Origin: Eledone cirrhosa
Taxonomy: Eukaryota
Assembly: GCA_964016885.1 (NCBI GenBank)
Contig: OZ024743.1
Coordinates: forward strand, 620,001-684,000
Direction of reading: 5' to 3'
DNA: 64,000 bases
Shown here: one piece after another, positions 1 to 15,241 of the stretch
How the letters are laid out: each line of letters opens with the position of its first letter
How positions within the stretch are numbered: position 1 is the first letter of the stretch
Notes under the pieces: model-generated
Seen by the model: only the letters and a program-made list of their open reading frames with translations
Database searches by the model: none
What the model was told of the DNA's origin: nothing
Program-made: the position numbers and the translations under genes

Positions 1-607
1 CTATTCAAGTACTGGAGTATATTTATTCGGATCACCTGTCAAAACATGTTACTTGACTTGCGTTATAACTAAAGTGCATCAGGTGATTTTTCTAATTTAT
101 AAATATGTCTTTACATTGCTTGTTGCAACATAGTAAAGTGAATTATCAGAATTGCAATCGACGTGACTGGAAATGGGGATATTGGTTTCGGAATCCGTAG
201 TAATTTGGTTTTCAATATGCTGGGGCAGATTTTGCATCGGGTGCGGTATCGGGTACAGCACTCACTTTGTTTGTGGGTAGGTGTACATACTGTACATGAC
301 TAAAATGACACTGATGTTTGTGCCTCTTTGAGCGAGAAGAGTAGAGGTTCACGTCAGATAGAAACAGTACTGTGGTTGTGCTATATAAGAGGGAAACTGA
401 GGAATATGAAACCAGCATCAGAAGAAGAGACATCAAATCAAGGCTAGTTATTTAATGCAAGCCTATACAACAATTGAATGCTTGCTTGAAACATTAATTA
501 GCTATCGTAAGAACAATGTTTCAAAACATCTTAGTATTTGTAGATGAAACACTCAGTAACTGAAAAAAGAAATTTGCATTCGAGTACTGTAGACTTTTAT
601 TATTTTC

Positions 608-2276
608 TGCTGCAAAGCATGGCGTCCGACCCTCTACCGACACTAGAGGGTACATAGCATGGCGTCCGACCCTCTACCGACACTAGAGGGTACATAGCAT
701 GGCGTCTGACCCTCTACCGACACTAGAGGGTACATAGCATGGCGTCCGACCCTCTACCGACACTAGAGGGTACATAGCATGGCGTCCGACCCTCTACCGA
801 CACTAGAGGGTACAAAGCATGGCGTCAGACCCTCTACCGACACTAGAGGGTACATAGCATGGCGTCTGACCCTCTACCGACACTAGAGGGTACATAGCAT
901 GGCGTCTGACCCTCTACCGACACTAGAGGGTACAAAGCATGGCGTCGGACCCTCTACCGACACTAGAGGGTACAAAGCATGGCGTCCAACACTCTACCGA
1001 CACTAGAGGGTACATAGCATGGCGTCTGACCCTCTACCGACACTAGAGGGTACAAAGCATGGCGTCTGACCCTCTACCGACACTAGAGGGTACATAGCAT
1101 AGCGTCTGATCCTCTACCGACACTAGAGGGTACAAAGCATGGCGTCTGACCCTCTACCGACACTAGAGGGTACAAAGCATGGCGTCTGACCCTCTACCGA
1201 CACTAGAGGGTACATAGCATAGCGTCTGACCCTCTACCGACACTAGAGGGTACATAGCATGGCGTCTGACCCTCTACCGAGACTAGAGGGTACATAGCAT
1301 GGCGTCTGACCCTCTACCGATACTAGAGGGTACACAGCATGGCGTCTGACCCTCTACCGACACTAGAGGGTACATAGCATGGCGTCTGAACCTCTACCGA
1401 CACTAGAGGGTACATAGCATGGCGTCCGACCCTCTACCGACACTAGAGGGTACATAGCATGGCGTCCGACCCTCTACCGACACTAGAGGGTACACAGCAT
1501 GGCGTCTAACCCTCTACCGACACTAGAGGGTACATAGCATGGCGTCTGAACCTCTACCGACACTAGAGGGTACATAGCATGGCGTCCGACCCTCTACCGA
1601 CACTAGAGGGTACATAGCATGGCGTCCGACCCTCTACCGACACTAGAGGGTACAAAGCATGGCGTCAGACCCTCTACCGACACTAGAGGGTACATAGCAT
1701 GTCGTCTGAACCTCTACCGACACTAGAGGGTACATAGCATGGCGTCTGAACCTCTACCGACACTAGAGGGTACATAGCATGGCGTCCGACCCTCTACCGA
1801 CACTAGAGGGTACATAGCATGGCGTCTGACCCTCTACCGACACTAGAGGGTACATAGCATGGCGTCTGACCCTCTACCGACACTAGAGGGTACATAGCAT
1901 AGCGTCTGACCCTCTACCGACACTAGAGGGTACAAAGCATGGCGTCTGACCCTCTACCGACACCCGAGGGTACATAGCATGGCGTCTGACCCTCTACCGA
2001 CACTAGAGGGTACATAGCATGGCGTCTGACCCTCTACCGACACGAGAGGGTACAGAGCATGGCGTCCGACCCTCTACCGACACTAGAGGTTACATAGCAT
2101 GGCGTCTGACCATCTACCGACACGAGAGGGTACAAAGCATGGCGTCCGACCCTCTACCGACACTAGAGGGTACATAGCATGGCGTCTGACCCTCTACCGA
2201 CACGAGAGGGTACAAAGCATGGCGTCCGACCCTCTACCGACACTAGAGGGTACATAGCATGGCGTCTGACCCTCTA
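608..2276. repeat. 40-bp tandem minisatellite (~41.5 copies), unit AGCATGGCGTCYGACCCTCTACCGACACTAGAGGGTACAT, derived from the reverse complement of the SINE 5' head
   Basis: Exact 40-bp periodicity with only point variants; each unit has an ACCCTCTA/TAGAGGGT stem with a 7-nt loop; the reverse complement matches the SINE head AGTATCGGTAGAGGGTCGGACGCCATGCT. Confidence 0.97.
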
Positions 2277-2283
2277 GAATCGA

Positions 2284-2453
2284 TACAGGGTCGGACGCCA
2301 TGCTTTGCAACAAAGAGTTACGGCCCTTTCCATTCTGAGTTAAAAATCCCGCCGAGGTTAACTTTGCCTTTCATCTTTACGGGGTCGATAAAATAAAGTA
2401 CCAGTAATACACTGGGATAACTGCTGGCCTTGTGCCAAAAGTAGAAACAATTA
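2284..2453 (+). mobile_element. tRNA-derived SINE with Meta/MESC-like core, 5' head truncated where the minisatellite begins
   Basis: B-box-like GAGTTAAAAATCCC, core GAGGTTAACTTTGCCTTTCATC..GGGGTCGATAAAATAAAGTACCAG and tail GGCCTTGTGCCAAAAGTAGAAACAATTA, shared with other copies in the window. Confidence 0.9.
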
Positions 2454-2833
2454 TTTTCTGGATTACAATATGATCATTGTAGCTTGTATATTCCTATTAT
2501 AGATACACGTATACACGTATACACGTATACACATATACACATATACACGCATACACACATACACACATATACACAAACGCATATCTATGCATGGTGTGTG
2601 TGGTCGTGCTTGTATCGCTAAAATTATTTTATCTATATATATATCTATATATATTTTATCTCACTATATATGACACACAAACATACACAGACACAGAAAC
2701 ATATACCCCCCCCCCACACACACACACATATTTATATACATGTAGGTGTATGCATATATCTATATCTCTTTCTCTCTATATATGTATATGAATGTCTACA
2801 TACACTCATGTGTATTTATGAATGTATATATAG

Positions 2834-2902
<69 letters not shown>

Positions 2903-3456
2903 TCATATTCGCTTGTGCTTCTTTTAGTGTTCCTTCTTGCTTCCACCGATTCATGTTTATAGTCGTTTATGCCAGACATGTATGCTAAACTCTTATTGTC
3001 GCTCACGATTAATATGTCAAAATTATTTCATTTGCTCTCTGTATGATTGTACTAAGTAACATCATATTTCCACAATTTTGACTGACTTATTATGTGTCTT
3101 TACATTTCAAAGGCCTCAGTTCTTTTTTGATCATGTGTTTTAATTAATCAAGTTCTACCCCATATATCTTAATCCAGTACACATGAACTTTGATAATCCC
3201 AGTCCCTCTATATAGAATATTCTTCTGTCATTGTATTCGCATTAGATTCTGCTAGTTATCGCCTTTGTAAAAGAATATACATTTGTAGAAGTCATAGTTC
3301 GAAAGCCTAAACAATGTCAACGGTTTTGGTTTCTGAAGATATAATTGCCTAACCATTTTTTTTTCTTGACATTGAGAAAAAGGAATTTTTTTTTCACATA
3401 TTTGCATGCATAGCTGGTAAATGTATAATTATTACATTTATTATTAGACAAGGAGA

Positions 3457-3675
3457 GTGCAGTGGATTGGCAGTATCGGTAGAGGTCGGATGCCATGCTT
3501 TGCAGCATAGAGTTATGGCCCTTTATGATCTGAGTTCAAATCCTTCAAAGGTTAATTTTGCCTTTCATCCTTACGGGGTCGATACAATAAAGTACCAGTC
3601 ACGCACTGGGGTCGATTTAATCGACTATCCCCTCTCCTAGAATTTCTGGCCTTGTGCCTATATAAGAAACCTTTA
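3457..3675 (+). mobile_element. Meta/MESC-core SINE, longer subtype
   Basis: A-box-like TGGCAGTATCGG, B box GAGTTCAAATCC, core, and an extra GTCGATTTAATCGAC..CCCCTCTCC segment before the tail. Confidence 0.9.
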
Positions 3676-4999
3676 TTAGACAAGGGGAGTTGATATATGC
3701 TCTCGCAGAAGTAAATGACATTCACGTAACGAAATAAGGCAGATAACAATATTAGTAACACTAGGTAAAAAGAAAGGTATATTTCGCTTCCATGTGTTTG
3801 TATTAACCCATTGAGTGAAGCTTGCTGAATAGGAAAATTACATTTTTTATACACACAACGATTTCCATAATAATCAAAAAAGCACAATATATTTGATAAT
3901 ATCAAAAACATTATAGAACCTATAAGTAAAAAGCAATCATGAATAATGCAACAAATTTATAATATATATAGTGGTACAATAAATAAAAAATATCAATAAG
4001 CCAAGATGTGAATATTGGACGGTAATTATCTCTTGTTCTTTCTAAACGTAATTGTCTACCATTGCGTCATTCCACCTACCCTGATATCGTTTCTTCATCA
4101 AACTGTACATCATGATGGAGTCGTTCATCCTATTCGTCAGACATAGCATCAAATTTCAGGTGGAAGAATTCAAATGGAAGTGAAAATAGTGTAGCTTTAA
4201 TAACGTTTTGGATCCCATATTTCTGAAGGTGTGAAGTATTTTCTGATTATAATCTCAATATAAAAAAAGCAATCAGTTGATGTCTTTTAGCATCTAAAAA
4301 CCATCATAATATTATCCGTAACAATTAAATACAAAAAAATTAATGCAATCTAGCCAAGGAAAGTAAATATGCGACAAGTTTCTTTTACGTTTTCTTGTAC
4401 AAGTTTTACATTCTTCAAAATATAACTTACTTGAATACTTATAACATAGTTATTACACACTATTTGCAATAGAAGTATTTTATAACTACGTAAGCATAAT
4501 TTATTGAGGTTGTCTATTGTTTAATGCTCTATTAATTATGTGACTAATTGTCTATAGGAATACTTAGTAAAGTCTACCATATTTGATTCTGGGAAATTCT
4601 ATATGGAAACAGAAGCCCGATATGTGTGTAATTTCAATGGTACACATAATAGAAAATAAATATAGCAGAAAATACATTGATGTTTAACATACTCGAAATA
4701 TACAAGAAACATAAACATAAACCTAAGTAAAACAATATTCTGCTGCGCAGTTTAATAATAGAAATGATTGCTAAATAGAAATAGTTGTGTTAATTAGTGC
4801 AGATTGCTGTAGCATATAATGGGATGAGGCGAACACAGAGCTAATAACTGATATTTGAGGAGTGTAAGGTCAGTCAGTATTGTATATGAAATTAATAAAT
4901 ATAGAAACTTGAGAGAACACATAATAAATTATATAACTGTGGTAAAGCATCTTAATGTATGACGTAATTAGGGTTAAGTAGAATTTATACGTACACGTA

Positions 5000-5122
5000 T
5001 AATTGTTTCTACTTTTGGCACAAGGCCAGCAATTACCCAGTGTATTACTGGTACTTTATTTTATCGACCCCGTAAGGATGTAAGGCAAAGCTAACCTCGG
5101 CGGGATTTGAACTCAGAATGGC
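5000..5122 (-). mobile_element. Meta/MESC-core SINE, 5'-truncated
   Basis: Reverse complement of B box, core and tail. Confidence 0.9.
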
Positions 5123-7180
5123 AAAGCATACGTAATAATGTCAGACATGTAGTTTTAGTAAGAATAGGTACATACATAAAATCTATTGTATACAAGCAAG
5201 GTAAATATATTGACGGTAGAAAGCTGAAAACATTGAATATGCAGTGCTTTCGGCAGATTAAAAAAGGGCTAATAAGTTAAGTGAGGAAATCGCTTTGCAA
5301 TCAAGTAGTCTGATATTTTATACGGCACCTTGATCAAGTGATATCTATTATAGCCTTAGATTAACCTAAACGTTCCGAGAGAAAGTAGGTAACTATAAGC
5401 TGCCCATATGCCCATAGAATGAGTTGTATTGGTTCTTCATTCGTCGTTCTGGTTAACACTACCACCTCACTTTGCGGTTTAATTAACCAAGTCGACCGTA
5501 TTGGAATCATTTAAACTACATCTCCGGTCTAAATATATAATAGTATATCAACGTAAAGCCTTTTATTGCAGCAATACATGTACTGTAATTGAATATTCTT
5601 TTTGGCGAGGCGGGGAGGGTAAGTATTAATTTCGGGGAGATCTGCTATCACTAGCAGGTCGATAACAAGCACAAGGTCGCACATGAAATAAGTTACAGCC
5701 AGCAAAGTGAAAACATGCGTTAAAATTATTTTCTTATTTAACTGTATCGCTTAACTGAAAATCACAGTCAAAACAGAAGGTGTTTATAACAATCATGTTG
5801 GGTCCTAAAATATGTATGAATTAAAAAAATGTATACAGGAAATGCCTTCATAGCTGGAAATGTTTCAAACTTATATTTCTGTTCATCTTTTTCTTTTTCA
5901 TTTCTGTTTATTTTATTTTCATCTTGTAAAACCTCATCGTTAAAATCTAGGTGTATTTAACTGACTACAGAATGTTGACATCTCAGCAAAATATGTCACG
6001 CTAGAGGTGTGTGAAAGCAATATCCCGTTGTTCAAAAATGACTCTTCCGTTTTGTTTGTTCCCCACTTCAGTAAATGCAGTAAGGAAGAAACTATGCTGG
6101 CAAAGAGTCGACTTTTAAACCAAAGCTGAAAGTATTATACGCGAGTGATGGCTAATTTGACTAAAATAGGAATCAGAACCACACCACACTCCTAGCTTTA
6201 GCAGACCTATGCAAAATCTCATGGGTGTAGGTACAATGTTTGCGGTGCAAGCAGAAGACATATGAATCACGGTTATCATGTCATCAGATTCTATCCGGTC
6301 TATCTTTGGAGAGGACACATATTCAAATTTCAAAGCTTACATACATACCTCATGAAGAAGAGGTAACAGACGAAGATTTTATCAGCAAAATTATTTGTGA
6401 AACTATACACTAGCCAAAGTTTAAGTTCATTCGAAAGAGACTGGTGACAAGCACATTGTGTATATCTATGTGCCACATAGACATACTGTAGGTTGAAAGA
6501 ATACTCATTGACTAATTGAAGAAGTGGCATATCAATATCAACTGAGTTGACAGAGTGGAATATTTAATAGCGCAAATGAACAATGTATTGGGATAAAGGG
6601 TAAAATTGTCCCCAAAAGAGTCGAGAAATAGCAGCTGAGCTGCCTTCGAATCGCATGTATGTCAATACTCATCTTTTTCCATTTCTCAGAGGATTCTAAA
6701 CCCCACTCTGAGGCTAAAATTTCTTAAATCACAAAGTAGGGCGAAAGCTTCTATTTCTAATTTAAAACCCGCTTGCTGTTACAAAACATATTATATATAT
6801 TTATATACATATATATGTGTATATATATAAAGATATATATGTATGTGTGTGCGTGTTTGTGTGTGTGTGTTTCTGTGCGCGTGCGTGTATTTTTGTATAG
6901 AAAACGTTTGGGTGTTGAAGAGATATGAATAATTAACATAATGCAGTTTTATTTATCTAATTATTCATTGCTAAAGCAACACAACACGTAAAGAAAACCA
7001 AATATATTGACTTCTAATATGTGCTGCGTAGAAACGGGAGAAAAGGATTCACAAGATAATCTCATTTATTCATTAGTGTGGAGGTGTGTTTTTACGCATA
7101 CATATATGCATACCTGTGTGTGTAAATATTCATTTTCTATATAAACACAGTAGTGTATATATTAAAATATATATATATAC

Positions 7181-7221
<41 letters not shown>

Positions 7222-10200
7222 AGTGTGTTGGCGTGTGTTTGTACGTGTGTGAATAACCTTTGCGCTCCCCGTCTCAGCTATTATTAATGCAGTGTCTCCT
7301 TCTCGCATGTTCTATGGTCACATTTAAGGAGATCTCTTGGGCGACATGTTTCATCAATAATTCCATTGGTATGTGGGCCTACCACACACATTTCTTGATT
7401 ACCATTGTGATGTGACTTATTTATGTATCTTGTCAAACCTTATTTTGACAGATGCGGTTTAGGTTAGAGGTTGAACATTTGAAAGTGCCTATCTACCTTT
7501 CATGTAACTTCAAAGAACCAGTCAATCCAACACAGGATAATAATGTATAAATATTACCATCTCCTATATTTCTTACCTCGTTACTATACTTTCTATATAT
7601 TCGAGCAGAAAGAAGCAATTTTGCACGGGAGATGCTGTCTGTCACCGTGGTTTTACCACCATCACAAATCTGCTTTCTCCAATCAGCATGATTTGCTGTC
7701 AATCATTCAGAACATTCAAATTTCCCTTCACTCAATTTTAAGCGATAATTAAATCCTTTTCTGGGCTTACGATCTGTTAATCTTCCACAGAAGGCTTACC
7801 TGGAATACTAGCAATTATTTATCCAAACCATTTAGGTAACAAGCCGATTTGGACCTACTTTCATGACATGGGTCTTGATGCTCAGACTCCTTGAGTATCT
7901 AAGCAATTTTGTATCATGTGCCATGTTTCTCAGAAGAGCTGGTTTTCTTGACAGAGCTTGCCTGCTAGAGATTAGGTCGCAGGTGGTGGGTAGCGATACC
8001 GCCAGCCGATATGATGGTTAGTTACGACATAATGAGTCTCTCCTGCCGGTCGAATAAGCAACCCTGGGCCAAACAGTGGTAAGCTTTTCGAGGAAATGTA
8101 GAAATAAGTGACACTGTTAGTTTATAAGAAACAACCCACAACTCAGCTAGTTACGGTGAAGTGAGTTAAGACTATCGGTATTGGGGTCCGGTATGATTAA
8201 GACAACCAACAAACTGTGGTATCAGATTCAATATAATCAGTCATGCTGTATAGTCATTCGTGCAGGGTAACAAAGAATGTGTTTGAGCCTTAGGTTGAGA
8301 GGCTTGTACGAAAAACATATTGCAGTTTCTACCTAATACCGGAGAACTAGTGATTGGGCACCTTTCCAGCACCTTTTTCCAGCACCAAGTTATCCATAAG
8401 TATACATGAAATAAGAGAAATCTGAGACACAGGTCAGTAATCGATTTATTGTCTCTGAGATCTTCGATTCTGTGCCTGATGTAACGAAGGGCTGAGCTGT
8501 CACCATCCAGTTATCTGCTGTCTGAGACTACCTAAAATCATCAAGACCCATAAGACTGGCAAGTTCTCTTTGGCCTATAGGATAAAGTGGGAAGCGTTGG
8601 TTGTTGAGGAGGTTATCACATGGTATGTGGATTCTATTGCATCCAAATTCAGAGGAGTCTTTGAACAAAGTGAAGATGTTGAAACGGTGTGGAGACTGGT
8701 CAGCTCGAGCATTTCTGCTTCAGCTTTGAAATGCTGCGGGATAACGCTGTTCAGCGTTGTACCGGGACACTGAAGAACACACTGAGTCATATGAAGTACA
8801 TCTAAGGACTAAGACTAACCTCTCAGACATCGAAGTCACTAGAGTAATTAATGAACTCAAATTGAAAGGGTGAGGATGAAATTAGGCCTGAGATATTAAA
8901 ATAGTCATTCGTTCTTATGCCTCGATCAGATCAGTCCAATTCGAGCAAACCAATGGTCAAAGGAATTCCAGATGTAATGATCTCTTATTTTTCTAATGTC
9001 CAAAGAACCGAGGGACATATTATACAATGTGCCCTTTTCTGAAATGGTGATGTTCGATTTGAGAAAGATTTAGCTGCTATTTTTTGCATTTTGATTTACC
9101 ACTTTAGTTATTCGTTGTCTGCCTTGTTTTTCATCTGCTAGCCAAACCTACCTCAAATTACATCCCCAATTTTCTAAAATAGGACACATCTATGGTTTCA
9201 ATAATATTGGAAGCTGCAATGTACTTGAAATGATTTCATTCCTTGTATAGGCTTATCTTGAGCAAATGTACATAAACACAAGAATCCAGTACAAAACTTT
9301 TACGATATTATATGGTCCATTGGATACAAGTCCTGGTAGCATCTCTGAAACATACATAAGTTTATTCTCTATGTATGAGATGCACAATTCCTCATTGTAA
9401 TTTGCATGTGTTTAAAACATTTAACAGCACAACCATGTGATGAGCTTTGTGAGAAAGAATTACGATGAACATACTAGTCCTTTTGATCCTAATAGTTCTA
9501 CTAATCTTCTCAGAGAACACTTATAACCGAGCCGATATTAGAATGGATAACAGATCGGCATTGTATCGCATTTGTACCTAAGACATATATCTGAAAGAAC
9601 CCTGTCTTCTTAGCCAAAAGTAAGTACTTAATCGTATAAAGAAATAGCCTCTCCAAATACGCAAATACTGACAAATACTTAATAGAGGTTCTAGTGCTGC
9701 ATTCAACTTTCCTTGGTATGGCCATCAGCTGTTTAGATTCCATCAGGTTTTGTTGATTTCCTTGTGTCATGACTTCGCTACCTATAATGGTGACGTTACT
9801 TTCCAATAAGTTACAGGACTCGTCTCGTCATAAAATCAAATATCAATCACTTCTAAATTTTGCTTTAGCCTTTGCTTTAGAGATGACCGCACCCAAACGA
9901 TGTATGTTTTCATTTTTGGAAATTTAATTATTAAGTTCCTTCCAGGAAACAAATATAAATATAAAATGTTAAACGAAATGTAGCTGTTTGTGACTCATCC
10001 AGAATAACATCCGGTGCCATCAGTAAAATGAATTAAACGATAAGAGATAATTCGGTAGGAACTTTTTATCTTCGTTTCCTTTCATTCGAGGATAAATACC
10101 AGACATTATGTTTTTAATACATATTTATCTTACAGTTACATAAAAATCTTTGGTTTCTAAATTTTATTAAAACTCAACATCGTATACAATATATTTGTTC

Positions 10201-10560
10201 CGATTTGAGTTTCCGTCAACTAAAAAGGAAATTCTGCTTCAAAATCTTCTGATAATTTATGTGTTTTATTTCTAGGTTGTATGTTTATTACACACCTGAG
10301 CTTTCATGTACTTATTTCTTACTCCCATGAAATGTTATGTCAGATGTAGGGAGCACTGTTTTGATAACGACTACAGCCAGAAACAACATCGTCGACATTT
10401 ACCCACCCTTTGCTTCTAGTGGAATCTGCTAGATGGCACTGTCATCAATTTCCAAATTCGTTGCTGAAGGCTTTCAAAATGTTTATTCATAAACATACCG
10501 TTATCGCTAGATATACAAAATATTCATACTTATATGTTAGAGTGAGCACCGTAATTATAA

Positions 10561-10591
<31 letters not shown>

Positions 10592-12440
10592 TATATTTGA
10601 ATACGTGTATGTATATATGTATGTTTGTGTGTATTTATGTGTCAAACTGTTTCCTTTGCGTAAGCTCTCTCTATTCTTCAAATTTCCCGGCATTCCTGTT
10701 GATTTCTCCCTCCCTTTGGTTGTTACCATCTTCTTGCACTCGTCTACAACTGTCAGCCCCCACCCCCGTCTTTTCTGATACTTCACATTTATAATTCATT
10801 TCTCTCACTCTCTTCTGATATATTTAACCAATAGTAGCCAAGAAATGATTTATCTCTTATGAACGGCTCTGTGCTAACTGCCAATGTTCTTCACTTCCTC
10901 ATAGTATAAATATTTATGCTACTGTGTAAATTTTTCTACATTGCTTTTTAATTTTAGGTTTTAACTTTACTATATCACGGCGCTTAATGCAGAAAAATAG
11001 TAAATGCGTTATTCTAAAAAATAGTGAAGATGATGCGCTTCATGAGCCATTCAACCTCGTGAAGCTGTATTCGTATGGATGGACGACACTGCCCTGTTAA
11101 AAAATGAATGAAGAGATGGTTCAGATTCTCAAGACATTAGCTATTTCCACTGTTAGATGTTTGAAAAGAACCTTGGGTACATTTTCACCATGCTATTCTC
11201 AGTCTGTAGATGATGGGCACTAATTAGTTAAGCGACACAGAACATCATTAGTTAACCCAGATGCTACGGGTTTTTTTTTTATCTAACCAAGATAATATTC
11301 GCCACTGGTTTAGTCGATTCATGTTCAACTAGCAATACGTATGTGATATGTACATAGTTATTTCTCCTATCAAAATGCAAGAACTAATATCAAATCCTGT
11401 AATTAGAAATAAACTTAACTGACGGATGTATAAAATACATACAGCTGGTCGAATATCTAGGCTATCAGATTAAAGACTGGATGTCTCGATCATTTATTTC
11501 CTGCCATGAATGCTGCAATGTTTATGGCCATAACATTTGCATATATGTTGCAGTATGTTTAATAGTCAGCTAGGCAAATGGTATAGATTAAAGGAAGTAA
11601 AATCTTTTTGTTTATATTTTATGCTTTTCAAAACATCACCAAGAAATTTAAATCTTTAGTAATCGAAATAAAACTAATTTCTATGAGAAAACTATACTTT
11701 TCAGCTACGGCTATTTCAAATGACATTTGGCCAACAAGAGAGTCGATGACTACAGAGTTGGAATCGACCATACTCTGGTTCGTTGCATTTCTGATTGCGA
11801 GAGTGATAAGGAAATGCCTGTAAACCTCGAGCGAAACATATACACGACGGGTATTTTTCTGTGAAAGTACCGGCTTTCCTATTTCCTCATCGATGTTTAC
11901 ATCCTTTAGCAATATATATCATCGGAGGATACCCCCCCCCCACACACACACGCACGAACACACTCACACATACTCTCAAACAAAAACACACTCACACATA
12001 TATATATAAATCAAATGGTGAAAAACAAAATCCCCAAAACTCGACGAGAATATCATTTCAAGAAATATAGACTTAATGTACAAGCATTTGTATTTGTTTT
12101 TTTTTTTTTTTGTTTTCTTTTTTTATGTGTGAAACTGTAATATTCGATATGCCATCTATTCGAAAGTTAATATACCGCCGATGCTTAACAGATCAAAACA
12201 TATGAGTAAGTTTGTCCATTGACTGTAACAAGATCGAATTTTAGGTGTATATGTAGATATGCTCGCAACAACTGATTTGATCCAACAGAACTCATCGTTT
12301 CCTTTATATATAAAATAAATCTGGATACTTCATATCATGAAATCATCTACCCATTTACTTTAGAGTCGAACACACACACACACACACACACATACACACA
12401 CACACATACACACACACACGCACGCACACACACACACACA

Positions 12441-12474
<34 letters not shown>

Positions 12475-12592
12475 GGGCGGGTAAAATTCCCGAGATCCAT
12501 GGACGAGTTCTCTCCAGTGGTCTCTGTCCCTCATCATGAATGCCATGTTCTGCGTCTCCAAGAGACCAGTATCTGTCCTTAGGACATCAACC
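12475..12592 (-). mobile_element. Extreme 3' end of an RTE-like LINE inserted in (TA)n
   Basis: Peptide ..[19 protein letters not shown].. resembles the RTE C-terminal (A)xDRxxWR motif; flanked by (TA)n. Confidence 0.5.
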
Positions 12593-13290
<698 letters not shown>

Positions 13291-14356
13291 AAACATGAGA
13301 AGAAAGAAGAATACTGCGTGGTTGCATATGGGTTACATATGATAAAAATAGTCCTTCGTCAGTGATTTTCCAACCATCATTGGTATTTCATCGCATTAAA
13401 AATCATATACCTCAGGTTGGTGCGAGCAATAGCTAAATAAAACTATTGGGACAAGTAAATCGCGTAAAGCGAGTGAGACAAGTAAACAACATAGAAGGAT
13501 GAAAGCAACGCAAAGATAGGAATAAACAAGCAACATGGTTATCCGGTCAGCATAAGCTGGGTGGATTTCATGAGCGATCGATATACAGACCGTCCGACGT
13601 GAGTGAGATGTGAGCAAGAAGAGAACCCACTACAAGCCAAACGGGAGGAAGTGAGAAGGGGAGAAACAGAGAGTGAGTGAGAGGAAGTGCGAAGAAGTGG
13701 TCAGTCGAGAGAAAGTGTAACTGACAGAGGGGGCGAAAGAAGGTGAGAGCAACAGAGAGAACGGGGAAGCAGTAAGAGAGATACAGACAAACGCAGCTGA
13801 GGTAAATATATATAAAAAACATCAGAAGAAAGAAGAATACTGCGTGGTTGCACATGGGTTACATATGATAAAAATAGTCCTTCGTCAGTGATTTTCCAAC
13901 CATCATTGGTATTTCATCGCATTAAAAATCATATACCTCAGGTTGGTGCGAGCAATAGCTAAATAAAGCTATTGGGACAAGTAAATCGCGTAAAGCGAGT
14001 GAGACAAGTAAACAACATAGAAGGATGAAAGCAACGCAAAGATAGGAATAGACAAGCAACATGGTTATCCGGTCAGCATAAGCTGGGTGGATTTCATGAG
14101 CGATCGAGGTACAGACCGTCCGACGTGAGTGAGATGTGAGCAAGAAGAGAACCCACTACAAGTCAAACGGGAGGAAGTGAGAAGGGGAGAAACAGAGTGA
14201 GTGAGTGGAAGTGCGAGGAAGAGGTCAGTCGAGAGAAAGTGTAACTGACAGAGGGGGGAAAGAAGGTGAGAGCAACAGAGAGAACGGGGAACAAGTAAGA
14301 GAGACACAGACAAACGAGCCGAGGTAAATATATATAAAAAACATGAGAAGAAAGAA
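13291..14356 (-). mobile_element. Two tandem ~526-bp copies of a non-coding element (PLE pseudo-LTR/retrozyme-like) inside (TA)n; homologous to 30930-31430
   Basis: Unit restarts at 13291, 13817 and ~14339; shares GAGGTATATGATTTTTAATGC and CACTGAYGARGGACT with 31310-31375 in the opposite orientation. Confidence 0.8.
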
Positions 14357-14373
14357 TGTATGTATATATATAT

Positions 14374-14451
<78 letters not shown>

Positions 14452-14461
14452 GTATATATAT

Positions 14462-14498
<37 letters not shown>

Positions 14499-15241
14499 CA
14501 TACATGTATGTATATATACAGATGTGAGTGTGTCTGTGTGTTGTACGTGTATACGAACAAGTTGGTTGTTTGTGCAGTTTTCGTCAACCAAATTCTATAA
14601 CAAAAACATTAGTTAAACGAGAGGTATGTAGAAGATATATGCCCATGGCAACTCACCGTGATAAGGATCACAGAACTATGGGGTTGTTACTCTGATATTA
14701 CATAACAAATATCTTTGCTTATTAAGATGAAGTTGTGGTACATTCATGCAGCAAAATGTACGAAAGCAAATATGCTGGCCTAAATCTAAATAAATTACAT
14801 TGTATACATATGTCTACTTCTCTCTAAATTCTCTCTCTATCTCTCCCTCCCTCTCACACACACAAACTCTCTCTCTCGCTCTCTCTCTATATTCATATAT
14901 ATATATATATAACACTAAGCTTAGTGTGTGCCATACACGATAAATTCTTAACTTATTCGAACGTCATTCATGAAATGTAGACAACATTCTAGGATTGCTG
15001 GCGACTCTGAATAGAAAAGGTATTCTCAAAGAATTAACACTAATTCTAATTCATATTTTGAAGGTCAACTTTGGCCTTGGGTACATCATTCTCTACCAGT
15101 GGATGTCATCTTCATCCTACTGTACTTCAGGCGGCCAAACAGATATAAACATTGTAACGTATGAAAAAATATTTGAGAACATTATTAGCCATGGATAATT
15201 TTCATAATTTAATTAGACATGGATCTAAGAGAAAATACCTG

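Noticed and set aside
608-2276. CRISPR array (regular hairpin repeats)
   Set aside because: No unique spacers, no cas genes, eukaryotic context; the unit derives from the SINE
7740-8900. Possible old LINE remnant (GEDEIRPEILK-like peptide near 8870)
   Set aside because: Too decayed to classify or delimit
9514-9618. Candidate host exon (AG...GTAAGT)
   Set aside because: Stops in all three frames; no support
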